Source: an uncultured Rickettsiales bacterium | GTDB taxonomy: Bacteria; Myxococcota_A; UBA796; UBA9615 | Assembly (NCBI GenBank): GCA_964490445.1 | Contig: CAZBDA010000011.1 | Span: forward strand, 2,252 to 66,251 | DNA: 64,000 bases | Direction: 5' to 3' | In this document: positions 59,508 through 64,000 of the stretch, one piece after another | Layout: the number at the start of each line of letters is the position of its first letter | Numbering within the stretch: position 1 is the stretch's first letter | Notes under the pieces: generated by a model | What the model was told of the DNA's origin: nothing | What the model saw: only the letters and a program-made list of their open reading frames with translations | The model's database searches: none | Made by a program: the position numbers and the translations under genes

Positions 59508-61019
59508 GTGCGTATCGTCGTCTGCAACCGCCTGACTGAATACCTCGGCGTCGAGATCCTGTCGGCGATCCTCAAGGAGCAGGGGCACAGCGTCCAACTC
59601 GTGTTCGAGCCGGACCTGCTAAACGCCACGGTCTTGCGCTCTCTGCCGACCTCAGTCGCCACTAAGTGGGACTCGGCCACACGCGCTGCGCGGCGGGTTC
59701 TCAGCCTCGAGCCAGACCTGGTGCTGTTCCCGTCCGAGATCAACTCGTTTCGCTGGTGCACGCGAGTGGGCGCGGCAGTCAAGGCCAAGCGTCCCGAAGT
59801 TCACCTGCTGCACGGCGGCTTTCACGTCACGAGCAGCCCCGAGGAGTGCATTGGCGAAGACGGCGTCGACATGCTTTGTGTCGGTGAGGGCGACCTGGCG
59901 ATCCCGGAACTCGTCTCGGCGCTCCAGGACGGTCGCGACATCCATTCGATCGCCAACCTCTGGATCAAGGAGGCCAACGGAACCATTCACCGCAACGCTC
60001 CCCGTGCGCTGGTCCAGGACCTGGATAGCCTGCCGTGGCCCGACAAAGAGCTGTACTACGAGGAGATGCCAGGCCTCTCCCGGGAGTACATGTGTGTCAC
60101 TTCGCGCGGCTGCCACTGGGCCTGCTCGTTCTGCTTCTACACGACACTGTATGACCTGTACGGACGCGAAGGCTATCTGAGAGCACGCTCACCGCAGAAC
60201 GTAGTCGGCGAGCTGGCAGCGGCGAAGCAGCGCTGGGATCTACGCTACGTGGTGTTCCACGATGACATCTTCCCCACCTCGATCCACTGGCTGCGCGAGT
60301 TTGCGCCGCTGTACAGCGAACAGGTGGGGCTACCGTTTTCCTGCATCACCCATCCCCAACTGGTCCTCGAGGAGACCGCCGAACTGCTCGCCGGGATGGG
60401 CTGCCGTTACGTCATCATGGGTGCCCAGACGGTCAACAAGAGCTCACGAAAGCCCGAGGTGATCAACCGCACCGAGACCAGCGACGACATCCGATTGGCA
60501 GTGACCCGCCTGAAGCAGCGAGGGATTTTTGTACTCCTGGATCACATCTTCGGGATCCCGGGCGAGAGCCTCGAGGACCAGGAGCAGGCGCTGCGCTTCT
60601 ACGTCGACGTCGGCGCCGACGTGATCAAGCCATTCTTTATGACCTACTTCCCAGGCACCGATCTCACCCGCCGCGCCGAGCAGGACCGCTCGATCGAACG
60701 CAGCGAACTGGAGCGCAACGAGGAAGGCCACTGGGACCACTTCATGTTCGAGGGCGCGCTGTCGGGAGATGACTTTTCCGCCTACAACCTCGCCTACGCG
60801 CTGTTTCCGATCCTCGGGCGAAGGGGCCGACAAGCCATGCTTCGCTACCAACTGCACCACCGGCTGGAGCCGCTGGCTCGTCTGCCGGGACTGGGAAACG
60901 TCATCCTACTACCCCGCCTGTTGAGGGGCCTGGGAGGACAGCAGGACATCCGACCGAAGCTATACCTGCACTACCTGAAGACAATCACTGGATACCGGCT
61001 GCGCAAAGCCCTGCGTTGA
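59508..61019 (+). CDS. B12-binding radical SAM protein (class B type) 1
   Basis: EYLG..LSA.LK..GH, GGFH, VGEGD, SRGCHWACSFC, FHDDIF, DHIFGIPGE. Confidence 0.9.
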   Translation: MRIVVCNRLTEYLGVEILSAILKEQGHSVQLVFEPDLLNATVLRSLPTSVATKWDSATRAARRVLSLEPDLVLFPSEINSFRWCTRVGAAVKAKRPEVHLLHGGFHVTSSPEECIGEDGVDMLCVGEGDLAIPELVSALQDGRDIHSIANLWIKEANGTIHRNAPRALVQDLDSLPWPDKELYYEEMPGLSREYMCVTSRGCHWACSFCFYTTLYDLYGREGYLRARSPQNVVGELAAAKQRWDLRYVVFHDDIFPTSIHWLREFAPLYSEQVGLPFSCITHPQLVLEETAELLAGMGCRYVIMGAQTVNKSSRKPEVINRTETSDDIRLAVTRLKQRGIFVLLDHIFGIPGESLEDQEQALRFYVDVGADVIKPFFMTYFPGTDLTRRAEQDRSIERSELERNEEGHWDHFMFEGALSGDDFSAYNLAYALFPILGRRGRQAMLRYQLHHRLEPLARLPGLGNVILLPRLLRGLGGQQDIRPKLYLHYLKTITGYRLRKALR

Positions 61020-62191
61020 GTGCTACCTTGAACCTCGCTGAGTCAGGCCACTGCGGTCCTAGAGCGGAGTCTTCGATGCTAGCCAGCAGGCTGAACACCG
61101 CGCGTCAACTCGCTGGTCTTGCCAAGAGCCACCTTGGGAGACTGGTGAAGGAACGGCCGGCGCTCCTGCCCAAACTGGCCGCCAACTACGCTCGCATGAC
61201 GCTGGGACAGGGGGACGTGCTCCGCACCGCCTCGATCGCCATCACTGGTTCCTGCAACGCCACCTGCGGCCACTGCTCGGCCGACCACATGATGAACGAG
61301 ACCACCCGGCGCAGCGACATGCTGACCCTCGAGGAGTACGACAAGGCCATCGACGGCTTTCTCAGCGCCGGGGCCATCTCGGTAAACATCACCGGCGGTG
61401 AGCCCCTGGTCAGCCCGATGATCTACGACGTCATCCGCCTGGTGCCCCCGCACCGTGGCGTAGTCAACATACAGACCAACGGCCTGCTGTTGAGCGACGA
61501 GGTCGCCCGCAAGCTGAGCGATGCAGGCACCTGGATCGTCATGATCTCGCTGCACAGCCATCGTCCTCACGAACACGATGCACTGCTCGAGGTGGATGGC
61601 GCCTTCGACAAGGTGATGGCGGCCATCGAGAACTGTCACCGCTACAAGCTGCCAGTGATTCTCAATTGCACTCTGACGCACCAGAAGGTAGCGGACGGCA
61701 CGCTCTGGGAAATGGTCGACCTCGCTCTGGAAAAGCAGGTCACGGTGAACTTCGTACAGCCCTGCACCACTGGCAAGTGGGAAGAGCAGCGGGAAGTTGC
61801 CCTTACCGAAGACGACTACGCTGAATTCGACAAGGCGATGAAGCTCCCCTGGGTGGTCTGGGAAGGCAAGACCAACTACAAGGTCGATGCCTGCAGGCCA
61901 GGCATCGAGCGCCTCTACATGAGTGCGAGCGGGGATATCATTCCCTGCGCCTTCATCCACCTGAACTTCGGCAACGTCAAGAAGGAGACTGTCTCCACCA
62001 TCTGGGACCGGGTGCGCAGCTTCGAGCGCTTCCGCTCCGCACCGAAACGCTGCATGGCAAGCAATGACGAGCAATTTTACGACGAGTACGTCACCGAGAT
62101 CCGCGACTACGACGGCGCACTACTGCCCATCGAAGAGCACTCGTCCTACGCAGCCGAGCACCCCGAAGAGGCTGCCGCGATCATCCGCTGA
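61016..62191 (+). CDS. Radical SAM protein with SPASM/twitch-like C-terminal domain
   Basis: CNATCGHC, ITGGEPL, QTNG; C-terminal CRPG...GDIIPC...C. TTGA overlap with the upstream stop. Confidence 0.88.
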   Translation: MSATLNLAESGHCGPRAESSMLASRLNTARQLAGLAKSHLGRLVKERPALLPKLAANYARMTLGQGDVLRTASIAITGSCNATCGHCSADHMMNETTRRSDMLTLEEYDKAIDGFLSAGAISVNITGGEPLVSPMIYDVIRLVPPHRGVVNIQTNGLLLSDEVARKLSDAGTWIVMISLHSHRPHEHDALLEVDGAFDKVMAAIENCHRYKLPVILNCTLTHQKVADGTLWEMVDLALEKQVTVNFVQPCTTGKWEEQREVALTEDDYAEFDKAMKLPWVVWEGKTNYKVDACRPGIERLYMSASGDIIPCAFIHLNFGNVKKETVSTIWDRVRSFERFRSAPKRCMASNDEQFYDEYVTEIRDYDGALLPIEEHSSYAAEHPEEAAAIIR

Positions 62192-62199
62192 GGCCCGCT

Positions 62200-63927
62200 A
62201 TGAAGCTCGTCTTCTGCAATCAACTCACCGAAATGCTGGGGGTGCAGTTGCTGTCTGCGCAGCTGCAACTGCATGGCCATGAAACAGGGTTGGTCTTCGA
62301 GCCCAACCTGTTCGCCACCGGCGGGATCCGAGACCCACGTCTCATCGACCTGCTCAGCAACGATGAATTGGTCATCGAGGAGATCCTGGCGGCGGAGCCG
62401 GACATGGTGGGTTTTCCCATCGAGATCAACGGCTACCACTGGGCTCTGAAGATTGCCGGCGGCGTGAAAGCGAGACGCCCTGACCTGCCCATCATCATGG
62501 GTGGCATCCACGCGACACTCTGCCCGGATGTCGTCATCGAGCGGCCCGAGGTGGATTTTGTCGCGGTAGGCGAGGCGGAATTCTCGCTGGTCGAGTTGTG
62601 CGACATCCTGTCGGGGCGCCGTGAGGGCAGTCCACACACAATCCAAGGCATCTGGAGCCGCGATCGTGATGGCACCCAACACCGCAACGGCGAAGGGCGG
62701 GAACACCCCGAACTCGACGAGTTCCCCTTCTATGACAAGGCGCTGTACTACGACAAGTTGCCCGGCCTCGCCTCCGAGTACATGACCACCATCAGCCGCG
62801 GCTGTCCCTACAACTGCAGCTTCTGCTTCTACAACGCCGTGCACGAACTCACCGGCAACCGCAACGTGCGGGTGCGCAGTCCACGCCACGTGGCCGACGA
62901 ACTCATCGCCGCCAAGCAGCGATACCCGCAAATGGAGACCGTGCTGTTCCACGACGACATCTTCCCGGTGACTACCCGGTGGCTCGAGGAGTTCACGCCC
63001 ATCTACCTCGAGAAGATCGGCCTGCCGTTCAGTTGCATCACCCACCCGCTACTGGTCTCCGAACGCATGGCGGAGCTGCTTGCAGAAGCCGGCTGCAGGT
63101 CGGTAATCATGGGCGTGCAGACCGGCAGCGAGACCATTCGCCGCGAGATGATGGAGCGCAACGAGACGAACGCCGAGATCATGGCAGCCATCAAGCGATT
63201 ACGCGCCCGCGGCATCTTCGTGACCTGCGACCACATCCTGGGAACCCCCGGCGAAACCCACGAAGACCAGGACCAGGCGCTGCTGTTTTACGCCGAGGCC
63301 GGCCCCAACGTGGTGAAGCCCCTGCCATTGACCTACCTGCCACATACGGCGATGACCCGGCGCGCCATCGAAGACGGAGTCATCACGGAACAGGACGAAG
63401 ACGATGCAGCGCACGGCTTCCTCAACTCACTGATGTTCAAGGGCAGCGGCTACGACACCCAGTGGCGTGCCTACTTCATGATGTACGGTCTTCGACCTGT
63501 CCTTCCGAAGGGCCTGCAGCAGTGGCTGGTAGGCCACGGACTGCACAAGCAGTTGGCCCGAGTGCCAAGTGGCTACGGCGTCGACCCAGCCGTGTTCTTT
63601 TTGCCCAGGCTGCTGAGCGGCATTGCGTTCGGCTACGACATACGCGCCAAGTACCTGGCCTGGCGCTTCATCGAGATGTTCCAGTACTCAATGCACCGGA
63701 AGATGCGCTCGAAACGCCTGGGACTGCGTGCTCGGGTCGAAGAACCGACTCCCGATTCCACTCCTTCGCTGGTATCGCGGATGACCTCTCGGCTTCTGCG
63801 CAACAACAAGCGCGCAGAACGCACCGAGACCGTGCTGCCCGGCGCCGGCCTCGTGCCCCGCTTCGCGCCGGGGATGGGCCGGCCCTGGGGAGCAAAGACT
63901 CCGGCCGAACCCGTCCCGGGTCCCTGA
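62200..63927 (+). CDS. B12-binding radical SAM protein (class B type) 2
   Basis: EMLG..LSA.L..HGH, GGIHAT, VGEAE, SRGCPYNCSFC, FHDDIF, DHILGTPGE. Confidence 0.9.
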   Translation: MKLVFCNQLTEMLGVQLLSAQLQLHGHETGLVFEPNLFATGGIRDPRLIDLLSNDELVIEEILAAEPDMVGFPIEINGYHWALKIAGGVKARRPDLPIIMGGIHATLCPDVVIERPEVDFVAVGEAEFSLVELCDILSGRREGSPHTIQGIWSRDRDGTQHRNGEGREHPELDEFPFYDKALYYDKLPGLASEYMTTISRGCPYNCSFCFYNAVHELTGNRNVRVRSPRHVADELIAAKQRYPQMETVLFHDDIFPVTTRWLEEFTPIYLEKIGLPFSCITHPLLVSERMAELLAEAGCRSVIMGVQTGSETIRREMMERNETNAEIMAAIKRLRARGIFVTCDHILGTPGETHEDQDQALLFYAEAGPNVVKPLPLTYLPHTAMTRRAIEDGVITEQDEDDAAHGFLNSLMFKGSGYDTQWRAYFMMYGLRPVLPKGLQQWLVGHGLHKQLARVPSGYGVDPAVFFLPRLLSGIAFGYDIRAKYLAWRFIEMFQYSMHRKMRSKRLGLRARVEEPTPDSTPSLVSRMTSRLLRNNKRAERTETVLPGAGLVPRFAPGMGRPWGAKTPAEPVPGP

Positions 63928-63945
63928 GCCCTCGGAGGGCGCGAA

Positions 63946-64000
63946 GTGGCCATTGCACAAGCACGGTCTCCGGCAGACGCGGTTCGCTCGCGGGGGCCCG
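63946..64000 (+). CDS. Start of the next ORF of the radical SAM cluster (3'-truncated)
   Basis: GGAGG SD at 63934-63938, GTG at 63946, frame open to the window end. Confidence 0.5.
   Translation, partial: MAIAQARSPADAVRSRGP

Noticed and set aside
59425-64000. Genomic island integrated at tRNA-Arg
   Set aside because: No integrase, no duplicated tRNA 3' end and no obvious compositional shift in the window; cannot be excluded beyond 64000.

Overview
A 64-kb GC-rich chromosomal segment. Gene content (mevalonate operon, FHA-GGDEF, eukaryotic-type Ser/Thr kinase, Asp-rich lipoproteins) suggests a Myxococcota/deltaproteobacterial organism; that is inference. I found no transposase, integrase, prophage, rRNA or CRISPR array. 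In order: a partial outer-membrane beta-barrel gene; GT2-fadH converging on GT2-atuC-atuF-like carboxylase genes; a tightly coupled mce-nagZ-NlpC/P60-divergent murD-nucleotidyltransferase-acyl-CoA ligase-MATE operon; an lnt-(PilZ-like/idi2)-hmgR-pmk-mvd-mvk operon; DUF2225 plus a bioB lacking most canonical [2Fe-2S] ligands; a large secreted Cys/His lipoprotein with PPC domains; udk, hpf and an atypical lgt; divergent groES-groEL and dnaK; psd; dnaJ coupled to a full MoxR/Bat operon; a Ca-binding VWA lipoprotein; signalling genes; infA-RRM behind a structured leader; DsbA; tRNA-Arg(ACG); and a radical-SAM cluster (two B12-binding paralogs around a SPASM/twitch-type enzyme) that runs off the right edge. 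Best leads: the PilZ-like/IDI-2 fusion, the altered-ligand BioB, the radical-SAM cluster with its 7+4 direct-repeat promoter, the muropeptide salvage/acylation/export operon, a promoter signature shared by dnaK and dnaJ, and a possible attenuator in the infA leader. All protein assignments are by-eye motif recognition; no database searches were run.
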